A stretch of 64,000 nt of DNA from the NCBI GenBank assembly GCA_964016885.1, contig OZ024741.1, forward strand, positions 217,868,001 through 217,932,000. The letters are read 5' to 3'. Made by a program: the position numbers and the translations under genes. This document shows positions 24,001 through 35,700 of this stretch, piece by piece. Position 1 is the first letter of the stretch; every line of letters begins with the position of its first letter. The notes beneath the pieces were generated by a model that searched no databases, had not been told where the DNA came from, and saw only the letters and a program-made list of their open reading frames with translations. The DNA comes from Eledone cirrhosa (taxonomy: Eukaryota).

Positions 24001-26545
24001 GTGGTGATGGTGGTGTTTGTGGGGGGTGTTAGTGTTGATGGTGGTAGTTGTCATGATGGGGTGTTTGTGGGGGGTGTTAGTGTTGTTGGTGGTAGTTGTG
24101 GTGATGGTGATGTTTGTGGGGGGTGTTAGTGTTGATGGTGGTAGTTGTGGTGATGGTGGTGTTTGTGGGAGGTGTTAGTGTTGGTGGTGGTAGTTGTGGT
24201 GATGGTGGTGTTTGTGAGGGGTGTTAGTGTTGTTGGTGGTAGTTGTGGTGATGGTGGTGTTTGTGAGGGGTGTTAGTGTTGGTGGTGGTAGTTGTGGTGA
24301 TGGTGGTGTTTGTGAGGGGTGTTAGTGTTGGTGGTGGTAGTTGTGGTGATGGTGGTGTTTGTGGGGGGTGTTAGTGTTGGTGGTGGTAGTTGTGGTGATG
24401 GTGGTGTTTGTGGGCGGTGTTAGTGTTGATGGTGGTAGTTGTGGTGATGGTGGTGTTTGTGGGGGGTGTTAGTGTTGATGGTGGTGTTTGTGGGGGGTGT
24501 TAGTGTTGATGGTGGTAGTTGTGGTGATGGTGGTGTTTGTGGGGCGTGTTAGTGTTGTTGGTGGTAGTTGTGGTGATGGGGTGTTGGTGAGGGGTGTTAG
24601 TGTTGTTGGTGGTAGTTGTGGTGATGGGGTGTTTGTGGGGGGGGGGGTTACTGTTGATGGTGGTGTTTGTGGGGGGTGTTGGTGTTGGTGGTGGTAGTTG
24701 TGGTGATGGTGGTGTTTGTGGGGGGTGTTAGTGTTGATGGTGGTAGTTGTGGTGATGGTGGTGTTTTTGAGGTGTGTTAGTGTTGATGGTGGTAGTTGTG
24801 GTGATGGGGTGTTGGTGAGGGGTGTTAGTATTGATGGTGGTAGTTGTGGTGATGGGGTGTTTGTGGGGGGTGTTAGTGTTGATGGTGGTAGTTGTGGTGA
24901 TGGGGTGTTGGTGAGGGGTGTTAGTATTGATGGTGGTAGTTGTGGTGATGGGGTGTTTGTGGGGGGTGTTAGTGTTGATGGTGGTGTTTGTGGGGTGTGT
25001 TAGTGTTGTTGGTGTTAGTTGTGGTGATGGGGTGTTGGTGAGTGGTGTTAGTGTTGTTGGTGGTAGTTGTGGTGATGGGGTGTTTGTGGGGGGTGTTAGT
25101 GTTGATGGTGGTGTTTGTGGGGTGTGTTAGTGTTGATGGTGGTAGTTGTGGTGATGGTGGTGTTTGTGAGGGGTGTTAGTTTTGGTGGTGGTAGTTGTGG
25201 TGATGGTGGTGTTTGTGGGGGGTGTTAGTGTTGGTGGTGGTAGTTGTGGTGATGGTGGTGTTTGTGGGTGGTGTTAGTGTTGATGGTGGTAGTTGTGGTG
25301 ATGGTGGTGTTTGTGGGGGGTGTTAGTGTTGGTGGTGGTAGTTGTGGTCATGGTGGTGTTTGTGGGGGGTGTTAGTGTTGGTGGTGGTAGTTGTGGTGAT
25401 GGTGGTGTTTGTGGGGGGTGTTAGTGTTGATGGTGGTAGTTGTGGTGATGGTGGTGTTTGTGGGGGGGTGTTAGTGTTGGTGGTGGTAGTTGTGGTGATG
25501 GTGGTGTTTGTGGGGGTGTTAGTGTTGGTGGTGGTAGTTGTGGTGATGGTGGTGTTTGTGGGCGGTGTTAGTGTTGATGGTGGTAGTTGTGGTGATGGTG
25601 GTGTTTGTGGGGGGTGTTAGAGTTGATGGTGGTAGTTGTGGTGGTGGTGGTGTTTGTGAGGGGTGTTAGTGTTGATGGTGGTAGTTGTGGTGATGGTGGT
25701 GTTTGTGGGGGGCGTTAATGTTGATGGTGGTAGTTGTGGTGATGGTGGTGTTTGTGGGGGGTGTTAGTGTTGATGGTGGTAGTTGTGGTGATGGCGGTGT
25801 TTGTGGGGGGGTTAGTGTTGATGGTGGTAGTTGTGGTGATGGTGGTGTTTGTGGGGGATGTTAGAGTTGGTGGTGGTAGTTGTGGTGATGGTGGTGTTTG
25901 TAGGGGGTTTTAGTGTTGATGGTGGTAGTTGTGGTGATGGTGGTGTTTGTGGGGGGTGTTAGTGTTGATGGTGGTAGTTGTGGTGATGGTGGTGTTTGTG
26001 GGGGGTGTTAGTGTTGATGGTGGTAGTTGTGGTGATGGTGGTGTTTGTGGGGGTTGTTAGTGTTGATGGTGGTAGTTGTGGTGATGGTGGTGTTTGTGGG
26101 GGGTGTTAGTGTTGGTGGTAGTTGTGGTGATGCTGGTGTTTGTGGGGGGTGTTAGTGCTGATGGTGGTAGTTGTGGTGATGGGGTGTTTGTGGGGGGTGT
26201 TGGTGTTGATGGTGGTAGTTGTGGTGATGGTGGTGTTTGTGGGGGGTGTTAGTGTTGGTGGTGGTAGTTGTGGTGGGGGGGGTTAGTGTTGGTGGTGGTA
26301 GTTGTGGTGATGGTGGTGTTTGTGGGGGGTGTTAGTGTTGGTGGTGGTAGTTGTGGTGATGGTAGTGTTTGTGGGGGGTGTTTGTGTTGGTGGTGGTAGT
26401 TGTGGTGATGGTGGTGTTTGTGGGGGGTGTTAGTGTTGATGGTGGTTGTGGTGATAGTGGTGTTTGTGGGGGGTGTTAGTGTTGGTGGTGGTAGTTGTGG
26501 TGATGGTGGTGTTTGTGGGGGGTGTTAGTGTTGATGGTGGTTTTT
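1..26545. repeat. 49-bp G/T-rich satellite array with higher-order repeats (runs off the left edge)
   Basis: Consensus TGTTAGTGTTG(A/G)TGGTGGTAGTTGTGGTGATGGTGGTGTTTGTGGGGGG repeated hundreds of times, with 31/46/67-bp indel variants. Rare variants recur at ~1.77, ~4.87 and ~6.5 kb spacings. Confidence 0.98.
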
Positions 26546-26856
26546 GAGTGTCAGGGGGGGGGGGGTTAGTGTTGGTGGTGGTTGTAATGTTGGAAGTTGT
26601 GGCGATGGTGGTGATGATGGAGGTGGTGGTGTTGGTCGTGTTGGTGGTGATGGTGGTGGTGCTGTTATGGTGGATTAGGAAGAAAAGGGAGTGCGATGGT
26701 ACATTATATTTAGGGCATCACATACAGAGTGGTGATAGTGGTGATGATGGTGGTGATAATGGTAATGGTGATGGTGGTGGTGGAGGTGGTGCTTTCAGAA
26801 GAAAAGGAGGAGCTGCCATGGAAGGAGGGGGGGGTGACATGGTACATTATATTTAG

Positions 26857-26952
26857 GGCATCACAGCTTTGTCATTCTTCTACAATAATGTAAACATTTC
26901 TAATCCAATGGACTCTGACTTCACTCCCTGGGGTAAAGAACTTCCCAGTACT
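26857..26952 (+). CDS. candidate isolated 96-nt phase 0-0 exon (GITALSFFYNNVNISNPMDSDFTPWGKELPST), gene unknown
   Basis: Only complex sequence between simple repeats. Bounded by tatttag| and |gtgagt; one plus-strand frame is open. No recognisable homology and no partner exon found. Confidence 0.25.
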
Positions 26953-27290
26953 GTGAGTGTGTATCTGTGGACGTGTGTGTTTATGTGTGTGTATGTGTGT
27001 AGGTGAGAATATCCCAGCACTGTGTGGATGTGTGTATGTATGTGTGTATGTGTGTGTGTGCATATATATGTGTGTATATGTGTGTGTGTGTATATCTGTG
27101 TATATGTGTGTGTATGTGTATATGTGTGTGCATGTGTATATGTGTGTGTATGTGTATGTGTGTGTGTGTATGTGTATATGTGTGTGTATGTGTATATGTG
27201 TGTGTATGTGTATATGTATGTGTATATGTGTGTGTGTGTGTGTGAGTATATGTGTGTTTATTTGTGTGTATGTGTGTGTATATGTAGGCG
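26953..27290. repeat. compound (GT)n/(AT)n microsatellite
   Basis: Directly visible dinucleotide repeats. Confidence 0.95.
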
Positions 27291-27349
27291 AGAATATCCC
27301 AGCACTGTGTGGGTGAGGTGGGTAAGATGTTTATAGAAATAGGTCAGCT

Positions 27350-28130
27350 GTGGTGGTGTGTGATGGTGGTGGTGGTGTGTGATGGTGGTGGTGGTGTGTG
27401 TGATGGTGGTGGTGTGTGTGATGGTGGTGGTGTGTGTGGTGGTGGTGGGGTGTGATGGTGGTGGTGTGTGTGTGGTGGTGGTGGTGTGTTTGTGGTGGTG
27501 GTAGTGATGGTGGTGGTGTGTGTGATGGTGGTGTGTGTGGTGGTGGTGGTGTGTGTGATGGTGGTGGTGTGTGTGGTGGTGGTGTGTGTGATGGTGGTGG
27601 TGTGTGTGGTGGTGGTGGTGTGTGTGATGGTGGTGGTGTGTGTGGTGGTGGTGGTGAGTGTGATGGTGGTGTGGTGTGTGTGATGGTGGTGGTGTGTGTG
27701 ATGGTGGTGGTGTGTGTGATGGTGGTGTGTGTGGTGGCGGTGGTGTGTGTGATGGTGGTGGTGTGTGTGGTGGTGGTGGTGTGTGTGATGGTGGTGGTGT
27801 GTGTGGTGGTGGTGGGGTGTGATGGTGGTGGTGTGTGTGTGGTGGTGGTGGTGTGTTTGTGATGGTGGTGGTGATGGTGGTGGTGTGTGTGATGGTGGTG
27901 GTGGTGTGTGATGGTGGTGGTGTGTGATGGTGGTGGTGGTGTGTGTGATGGTGGTAGTGGTGTGTGATGGTGGTGTTGATTGTGGTGGTGGGGTGTGATG
28001 GTGGTGGTGTGTGATGGTGGTGGTGTGTGTGATGGTGGTGGTGGTGTGTGATGGTGGTGGTGTGTGATGGTGGTGGTGTGTGTGATGGTGGTGGTGGTGT
28101 GTGATGGTGGTGGTGGTGTGGTGTTGATGG
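27350..28130. repeat. low-complexity (GGT)n/(GT)n/GAT compound repeat
   Basis: Irregular GTGTGTGATGGTGGTG units. Confidence 0.95.
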
Positions 28131-28312
28131 TTGTTGTTTGTGTGGGTGTATGAGCAGTGGTGGTTGTATGTTTATAGAAATAGGTTAGCTGTGGTGGTGG
28201 ATGTTATGGTGCTATACACACACACACACATACATACACACACATACATGCACACATATACACCCAGATACCCACACATATACACACACACGCTCAGGCA
28301 CACATACATACA

Positions 28313-28798
28313 CATGATGTACACTCCAGAAGTTTTGTGACTTTTTCTTTTCAGGCACCTTTAATTGACCTATGTAACTGTCACTCTAATATATTCTTGA
28401 TGTGGTTATAATAAACTAAGATGACAAATCTTTTCTTCCAAGCTCAAGGTTCAGGACAATGCCCCTTGCCACAAATCCATCCTGGGGACCACCTACTTGG
28501 CCAATATGGAGCTCAAGACTGTCCCTCATCCTTCCTATAGTCCAGACATCTCGTCTGTGACTTTTGGTTGTTCCAGAAGCTGAAGGAGAAGCTCAGGGGT
28601 GTCCACTATGATGATGTGGAGGCGATGAAGGAGGCTGTGACAAGCGCCTGAGACACCTTTCAGAAGTGAATGGAGCGGTACAACAAGTGCAATGAAGTTA
28701 GAGGATCCTACGTTGAGGGAGACTAGAGTGTTGTGTTGATCTGAGTTAAATAAATGTCTCTCTGATAAAGTCTCAAAACTTCTTGTGTGTACCTCGTA
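28313..28798 (+). mobile_element. internally deleted, decayed Tc1/mariner element
   Basis: Plus-strand remnant QDNAPCH...PHPSYSPDI/CDFWLFQKLKEKLRG...ERYNKC..VRGSYVE is a mariner catalytic C-terminus with a frameshift and stops. ~30-bp imperfect TIRs (gtacactccagaagttttgtgacttt / aaagtctcaaaacttcttgtgtgtac); TA at the right end. Confidence 0.9.
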
Positions 28799-28807
28799 TA
28801 CATATAT

Positions 28808-29153
28808 ATCATCATCATTTCATTTTACGTCCGCTTTTTCCCTGCTTGCAAGCGTGGGACAGGAACTGATGCTGGCTTGATTTCTACAGCTGGATGCCCT
28901 TCCTAACACCAACCTCATTTACAGTGAGTGCTGGGTACTTTTTTGCCTAGGCACCGCCACGACCATGTTGTAGTGGAATGATAGGGACCCCAGTCCCTAT
29001 CATCTCATTTCTACAGCTGAGTAAACTGGAGCAATGTGAAATAAAGTGTCTTGCTCAAGGAAACAACACATCACCCGGTCTGAGAATTGAACTCGCAACC
29101 TTTCGATTGCAAGGCCAATGCTCTAGCCACTGAGCACTGAGCCATGTGCCTCC
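28808..29153 (-). mobile_element. tRNA-headed SINE with RTE-type 3' end (family A)
   Basis: A/B-box head, ccttgagcaagacactt core, ggaagggcatccagctgtagaaa domain, gcggacgtaaaa(tga)n tail. Several near-identical copies in the window. Confidence 0.9.
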
Positions 29154-29275
29154 ATATATATATAATTACAACACTGGATAGAGTTGACGTACGGTAAGAG
29201 GTTACTCTACGAGCTATGGAAGAATTGTTGAAGATACTTAGTTCCTGATCCTTCTGTATTCCGGAGTGTAGATAA

Positions 29276-29494
29276 AGAATGGATAATAACAGGTAGACAT
29301 CATAAAAAGGTAATTTATTCCGTGTGCTTACAAATGTTTCCACGGTGGTTATACAGCCTAGTTATGCTATGTGCAAATTTATAACTATTTGCAAAACTCA
29401 ATTATCAAATGCTGTTACCACTGTATCCTCAGGGCAGAATGGTTAAAATTTAAAATGTAAATTGTCTATGATGTCTACCTGTTATTATTCATTC

Positions 29495-29495
<1 letters not shown>
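29276..29495 (-). mobile_element. inverted-repeat element containing a hammerhead-like motif (Penelope-like pLTR relic?)
   Basis: ~29-bp inverted repeats at 29276-29304 and 29467-29495 enclose a CTGAGGA-long stem-GAAAC...GTA motif on the minus strand. Confidence 0.6.
29325..29437 (-). ncRNA. type I hammerhead ribozyme-like motif with extended stem II
   Basis: tgcc CTGAGGA TACAGTGGT...ACCACCGTG GAAA C attt G TA agca. Stem II is 8/9 paired and continues as acagc/gctgt. GUA triplet; stem I has one mismatch. Confidence 0.6.
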
Positions 29496-29526
<31 letters not shown>

Positions 29527-29997
29527 GTTTAACGTCCCTGTTCCACGCTTGCATGGGTTTGGACGGGGGTTTTCCCACTTGAGGCAAGAGTGGTTGTCTT
29601 GCTCGCATAGGACTGTCTGGCGGGTTTTCTACAGCTGGATGCCCATCCTAACACCAACCACATTTACAGTGTGGGGCTGGGAGGTTTTTACCGTGTTGCC
29701 TACACGGCCACATTACAGCGTGGACTGTCTGGCGTGTTTTCTACAGCTGGATGCCCTTCCTAACACCAACCACATTTACAGTGTGGGACTGGGAGGTTTT
29801 TACCGTGTTGCCTACACGGTCACATTACAGCGTGGACTGTGTGTTTTTTTGTCGTGACACCTACACGATCTCGTTTGTTTCGGCCTGGATGTTGTGGCAC
29901 CAACATAACTTTGCATTGAAGGGGGCGGTGTGGATGGGGTGGGACGGGGGTGTATTTTGTTAGAGATGCCTACTGACTAATAGGTTTTACTTTGTAT

Positions 29998-30530
29998 TTA
30001 GGTAAGGCGTGTCTTCTCTGTTACTGAGTACCGCCAAAGGTCTCGGTCCAGTGACATTGTCTTGGAGAGGTGTAAGTGTGTGAGGTCGGAATTTATCAGC
30101 TCGTCCCAGGTTTTCCTGGGTCTGCCTACTCCGTGGCTACCATCTATCTTTATTGCCCTGCACTTTGTTATACAGCTGTCGTCTTTCATGCGCATCACGT
30201 GACCATACCAACGTAGCCTTCTCTCGAGTAAACAACATCTGATCCCTCTTATTTCTAATTTTTTCCTTAGTTCATTTATGCTTTGCCGTTCACGTATATT
30301 ACTATTACACATCCAGCGGAGCATGCAAGCTTCGTTCCTCTCTAGTCTGCGTATATCCTCTGCACACAATGCCCAGGTCTCACTGCCATGCAACATTGCT
30401 GTTCGTATGCAGGCATCATACAACCTGCCTTTCATTTTTAGGGAGAACCCTTTAGCGGCTAATAGTGGTATAAGCTCTCTGAACTTTTTCCATCCAGTTC
30501 TGACTCTAGCTACTGTACTTTCAGAGCACC
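29998..30530 (-). pseudogene. RTE C-terminal ORF fragment
   Basis: LHGSETW, RRLRWYGHVMR, GRPRKTW, DRDLWR motifs. Confidence 0.93.
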
Positions 30531-31658
30531 CTCCCCACTGCTGATTTTGTCACCCAGGTAACGGAAGCTGTCCACTATTTCTATAGAACCCTCTGCGCAA
30601 TTGAAAGAGTTAATGTTTTGTGGGCACTTGCTACTACTTATTGCACCAGAGCACCGGCCACATGTAAAATCTGTGTTCTTAGTTAGCTTACCTGTGATCC
30701 CACTACATCTTTTATGCACCCATACTTTGCATTTGGGACATAAAATGGAGTTTCTACCTACGCCTTTCCTACACACTGAGCATGGCCATTTCCAGGAGGG
30801 GACCGGCGCCTTATTTTCTTTCCTACAAACTAGAACTTTAGTCTTAGTCAGGTTAATTTTAAGGCCTTTTGATTCTAGGCCGTGCTTCCATGTTTGGAAT
30901 TTCTTCTCTAGCTCGGCCATTGATTCAGCTATGAGCGTTAGATCATCTGCATATAGGAGTTCCCATGGGCAGCCGGTCTTGAACTCCTCTGTTATAGCCT
31001 GAAGGGCAATAATAAATAGTAGGGGGCTAAGAACAGAGCCCTGATGGACACCAACTTTTACGCTAAACTCTTCACTATATTCGTTGTTAATTCTAACCTT
31101 GCTGACTGTTTCTTTATACATGGCTTGTATGGCTCTCACAAGCCATTCGTCAACACCTAGTTTTCTAAGAGCCCACCAGATAATGGAACGGGGGACTCTG
31201 TCGAAGGCTTTCTCCAAGTCGACAAAAGCTAAGTATAGGGGTTTACTTTTAGCTAGGTACTTCTCCTGTAGTTGTCGTACAATGAAAAGAGCGTCTGTGG
31301 TACTTTTGCCTGACACAAACCCGAACTGCATTTCATCTAGATCAATTCTCTCTCTGATTAGTTGCGCTATTACTTTTTCCGTGACCTTCATGACCTGGTC
31401 GATTAATTTAATGTCTCTATAGTTACTCCTATCTAGGGCGTCTCCTTTACCCTTGTAACAGTTAACGATGATGCTGCTACGCCAGTCCTTCGGAACAACC
31501 CCATTCTGTATGACTTGGTTTACTATCCGGGTGACCATGGTGTGTCCCACCGTACCGGAGGCTTTCAGCATCTCAGCAACTATTTCCGAAGGCCCAGCCG
31601 CCTTACCCGTCTTCATATCTTTGATTGCCTTACTTATTATACTACCTTCAACTAGCAC
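30510..31658 (-). pseudogene. RTE reverse transcriptase plus PHD-like Cys/His finger ORF fragment
   Basis: FVDLEKAFD, GVHQGSVLSPLLF, LLYADDL, then CSVC...CPKC..WVH..C...CGRC and FRYLG. Confidence 0.95.
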
Positions 31659-31750
31659 TGCTGGTCCCTCTATTGGATCGATGTGGGGGAGACTGTCTTT
31701 CTCCCATTTATTCTCCTCATTTAGTAGCCTTTCGTAGTGACACTTCCAAG

Positions 31751-32905
31751 CTACCTTCTTATCAGCGTCAGTGATGGCAAGTACGCCATCATCGTTAAGT
31801 ACACACTTCTCCCCGACAATATCATGGTTTTCCTGAACACCTCACGTTTTTGGTCCTCGCGTTGTAGAACATGCTTGAACTTTCTTTCCTCTGTTTCCCT
31901 TCTTGCGAAGTACACTTGTCTCCTAGCTTCCCTCCTGGCCACTTGATAGTCTTCTCTACTTCCCCCATCCCGCCATACTTTCCAAGCCTGCTTTTTGGCC
32001 TTGATTGACCCCTCCACCTTACTGTTCCACCACCATGTTACTCTCCTCCTGCCTACAGGCCTGCTCCAGTAACAGACTTCGTCTGCCGCCATCAGCAGGT
32101 TTGCTTTCAGGAATTCCCACTGTTCCTCTACCTTGTACGACTCTAATTGCTCTTCCTTACTGTCGAAAGCATCAAGTAATATGCTTTGAAATTTATTTCT
32201 GGCTGTGGGATCCTTTAGCTTCCATATTTTTCTCCTGAGGATAGTCCTCTTCTGCTGTCTAGTACGTCTCGTCCTGACTATGAGGTCGCTAATTATCAGT
32301 CTATGTTGGGAGGTGCATTCTTCATGGGGGAGGGATTTAGTGTTTACAACAGACACTCTGTCACGTCCTCTGGTAAGGATATAATCTACCTGGCTGGTAT
32401 GTTCCCCTGATCTGTAGGTGATCAAGTGATTGTCTCGTTTTTTGAAGTTAGTGTTACAGATAGTTAGGTTGTTCGCATCACAGAATTCCAGGATTCTGGA
32501 GCCTTCCTCGTTTCTAGTACCAAACCCATAGCCTCCGTGGATTCCGTCATAGCCATCACAATGTTGTCCAACGTGACCATTTAGGTCGCCAGCAATAATT
32601 ATATAGTCACTGTCGGTTATTTGGGAGGTAGTGAGCATCAGTGTCTCATAGAATCTGTCTTTTATAATGCCAGGCAGTCCGGATTGGGGCGTGTATGCAA
32701 ATATTACTGTCACAGTAGTTCTGTTTAGAACAAGTCTTATTTTAATTATTCTGTCATTCACTCTATTTACGTCTATTATCTTATCCACCCATTTTTCTGT
32801 TAACATGATTCCTACCCCACCTATCCCATTGTCATTCCCCACCCAGAAAAGCTTATAGCAACGTTTTTTACCAACAATGAATCTAGCAGACCCGCCCCTC
32901 CACCT
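31751..32905 (-). pseudogene. RTE apurinic endonuclease domain ORF fragment
   Basis: Motifs GVGIML, AGDLNGHVG, NEEGSRILEFC, SQVDYIL, SQHRLII, TWWWN. The N-terminal start of APE is missing. Confidence 0.93.
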
Positions 32906-33534
32906 GTCCGCGGCCGAAACAAAGAGGGTGGGGGGCCTTGCCCCTTCGTCCGGCAGCATGAGGTGAATTTGTCGTTATCTTTGGCATTGTTATCGAGTGT
33001 CCAGATTCTTCAGACTCTTCAGAAATTCCTTAGTCCATCCATCATATCGTATCGAAAAGCAGCCAGTGGTGATAGCATAGGCCGTTGACTTGTGATTGGT
33101 CCAAATAGTAAAGGTGGAGAGTGGAGGCGGGAAGGAGGGATATGGGGGTAGTTAGCAATGAGGGAGACTATTTAGAACCAGCGTGGAGAAGATTAATTTA
33201 AAGCAAGAATAGCAACGATTGTAGATATATATGGATGAATGAACGAGGTTTTAAGGAGACAAGAAGAAAATGTTCTATAATACATTACATTTTCGTAGAA
33301 TCGACTGACCATTTAATAAGGGTTGACAAGTTCTGAGGTTTTGTCCCTCGTAACATTCTTATTTATATTAGGGAGTGAGAGGTCGAGAGGGACGTATATG
33401 TTAGAGAGAGTGGGAGTAATAGCGAATTTGATGGCCGGGAGAGAGAGAGAGAATCTATTTTTATGAATCCTGGAAAATTTTAGCAATGAGGGAGACTATA
33501 TATATATAAGCTGAACATATAGACAAAATGATCC

Positions 33535-33755
33535 CACCCCCTCCCACTGCAAAGTGGATGTGTAGGTGCCACGGCAAAAAAACACCCAGCATTCACTGTA
33601 AATGAGGTTAGTGTTAGGAAGAGCATCCAGCCATAGAATTCAAGTCAGAATCAGGTCCTGCATGAGCAAGACAAGGTCAGCCGACTGGACACTGCCCACA
33701 ACAGGACAACGTGTCTAACCCATGCTAGCATGGAAGAACAGACGTAAAATGGTGA
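33535..33755 (+). mobile_element. RTE/SINE-type 3'-end fragment
   Basis: ggaagagcatccagcc domain and cccatgctagcatggaa...gacgtaaaa terminus. Confidence 0.8.
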
Positions 33756-33919
33756 TATATATATATGTACATAAATATATGTATATATAAATATATATAT
33801 TTTTTTTCCTGGACCTTTCCGACGGAATTACTTCATTTAAATATATATATATATATAAATATAGGAAAAGAGTCAGGGCCCCGATGGCTGGGCTCTGGCC
33901 ATTTCGACAGCTAGGTCGT

Positions 33920-35548
33920 CCTGTTGGTGTCACAACAAAAAGCACCCAGCCCACACTGTAAAGTAGTTGTGTTGGTGACATGACAAACAGCACCCAGCAC
34001 ACACTGTAAAGTGGTCATGTAGGTGTCACAACAAAAAGCACCCAACACACACTGTAAAGTGGTCATGTTGGTGACATGACAAACAGCACCCAGCACACAC
34101 TGTAAAGTGGTCATGTAGGTGTCACAACAAAAAGCACCCAGCACACACTGTAAAGTGGTCATGTTGGTGACATGACAAACAGCACCCAGCACACACTGTA
34201 AAGTGGTCATGTAGGAGACATGACAAACAGCACCCCGCACACACTGTAAAGTGGTCATGTTGGTGACATGACAAACAGCACCCAGCACACACTGTAAAGT
34301 GGTCATGTAGGAGACATGACAAACAGCACCCCGCACACACTGTAAAGTGGTCATGTAGGAGACATGACAAACAGCACCCCGCACACACTGTAAAGTGGTC
34401 ATGTTGGTGACATGACAAACAGCACCCAGCACACACTGTAAAGTGGTCATGTTGGTGACATGACAAACAGCACCCAGCACACACTGTAAAGTGGTTGTGA
34501 TGGTGACATGACAAACAGCACCCCGCACACACTGTAAAGTGGTTGTGATGGTGTCATGACAAACAGCACCCAGTCCACACTGTAAAGTGGTCATGGTCAT
34601 GTTGGTGACATGACAAACAGCACCCAGCACACACTGTAAAGTGGTCATGTTGGTGTCATGACAAACAACACCCAGTCCACACTGTAAAGTGGTTGTGTTG
34701 GTGTCATGACAAACAGCACCCAGTCCACACTGTAAAGTGGTTGTGTTGGTGTCATGACAAACAACACCCAGTCCACACTGTAAAGTGGTTGTGTTGGTGT
34801 CATGACAAACAACACCCAGTCCACACTGTAAAGTGGTTGTGTTGGTGTCATGACAAACAGCACCCAGTCCACACTGTAAAGTGGTTGTGTTGGTGACATA
34901 ACAAACAGCACCCAGCACACTGTAAAGTGGTTGTGTAGGTGTCATGACAAACAGCACCCAGTCCACACTGTAAAGTGGTTGTGTTGGTGACATAACAAAA
35001 AGCACCCAGCCCACACTGTAAAGTGGTTGTGTAGGTGTCATGACAAACAGCACCCAGTCCACACTGTAAAGTGGTTGTGTAGGTGTCATGACAAACAGCA
35101 CCCAGTCCACACTGTAAAGTGGTTGTGTTGGTGACATGACAAACAGCACCCAGCACACACTGTAAAGTGGTCATGTAGGAGACATGACAAACAGCACCCA
35201 GTCCACACTGTAAAGTGGTTGTGTAGGTGTCATGACAAACAGCACCCAGTCCACACTGTAAAGTGGTTGTGTTGGTGACATGACAAACAGCACCCAGTCC
35301 ACACTGTAAAGTGGTTGTGTAGGTGTCATGACAAACAGCACCCAGTCCACACTGTAAAGTGGTTGTGTTGGTGTCATGACAAACAGCACCCAGCACACAC
35401 TGTAAAGTGGTCATGTTGGTGTCATGACAAACAACACCCAGTCCACACTGTAAAGTGGTTGTGTTGGTGTCATGACAAACAGCACCCAGCACACACTGTA
35501 AAGAGGTCATGTAGATGTCACAACAAAAAGCACTCAGCACACACTGTG
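33920..35548. repeat. 48-bp minisatellite (~34 units) expanded from an internal module of the RTE/SINE 3' region
   Basis: Unit ACAAACAGCACCCAG(T/C)(C/A)CACACTGTAAAGTGGT(TG/CA)TGT(T/A)GGTG(A/T)CATG runs directly into the parent element 3' end at 35549-35700. Confidence 0.95.
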
Positions 35549-35700
35549 AATGTGGTTGGTGTTAGGAAGAGCATCCAGCCAGAACCAATCCTATATGAGT
35601 AAGACATGATCATTTGACCCAACTTGCCTCAAATGGAACACTCCCTTCTAACCCATGCTAGCATGGAAAATGGACGTTAAACAATGATGATGATGATGAT
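35549..35700 (+). mobile_element. 3' end of the RTE/SINE-type parent of the 48-bp array
   Basis: ggaagagcatccagcc...cccatgctagcatggaaaatggacgttaaa(tga)n. Confidence 0.85.

Larger units (their letters stand above)
29496..32905 (-). mobile_element. RTE-clade LINE (family A), 5'-deleted, frameshifted, with ~500-nt 3' UTR and (GAT)n tail
   Basis: APE endonuclease, RT, Cys/His finger and RTE C-terminus lie in three overlapping ORFs. Ends in ggacgttaaac(gat)n. Confidence 0.95.

Noticed and set aside
469-25620. Many Val/Gly-rich ORFs
   Set aside because: Translations of the 49-bp satellite from GTG/TTG starts; no coding signal.
1-26545. Telomeric array
   Set aside because: No tandem TTAGGG; only a TTAGTG within a 49-mer.
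29860-29900. ccGAAAc in the RTE 3' UTR as a hammerhead half
   Set aside because: No CUGANGA at a compatible position.
32906-33500. RTE 5' UTR or HDV-like ribozyme
   Set aside because: Could not fold a convincing double pseudoknot by eye. Only a 19-bp direct repeat (33152/33480) was seen; left unassigned.
33911-35540. Cys/His-rich repeat protein ORFs (415 aa, 230 aa)
   Set aside because: A by-product of a 48-bp non-coding retroposon-derived unit that is a multiple of three.
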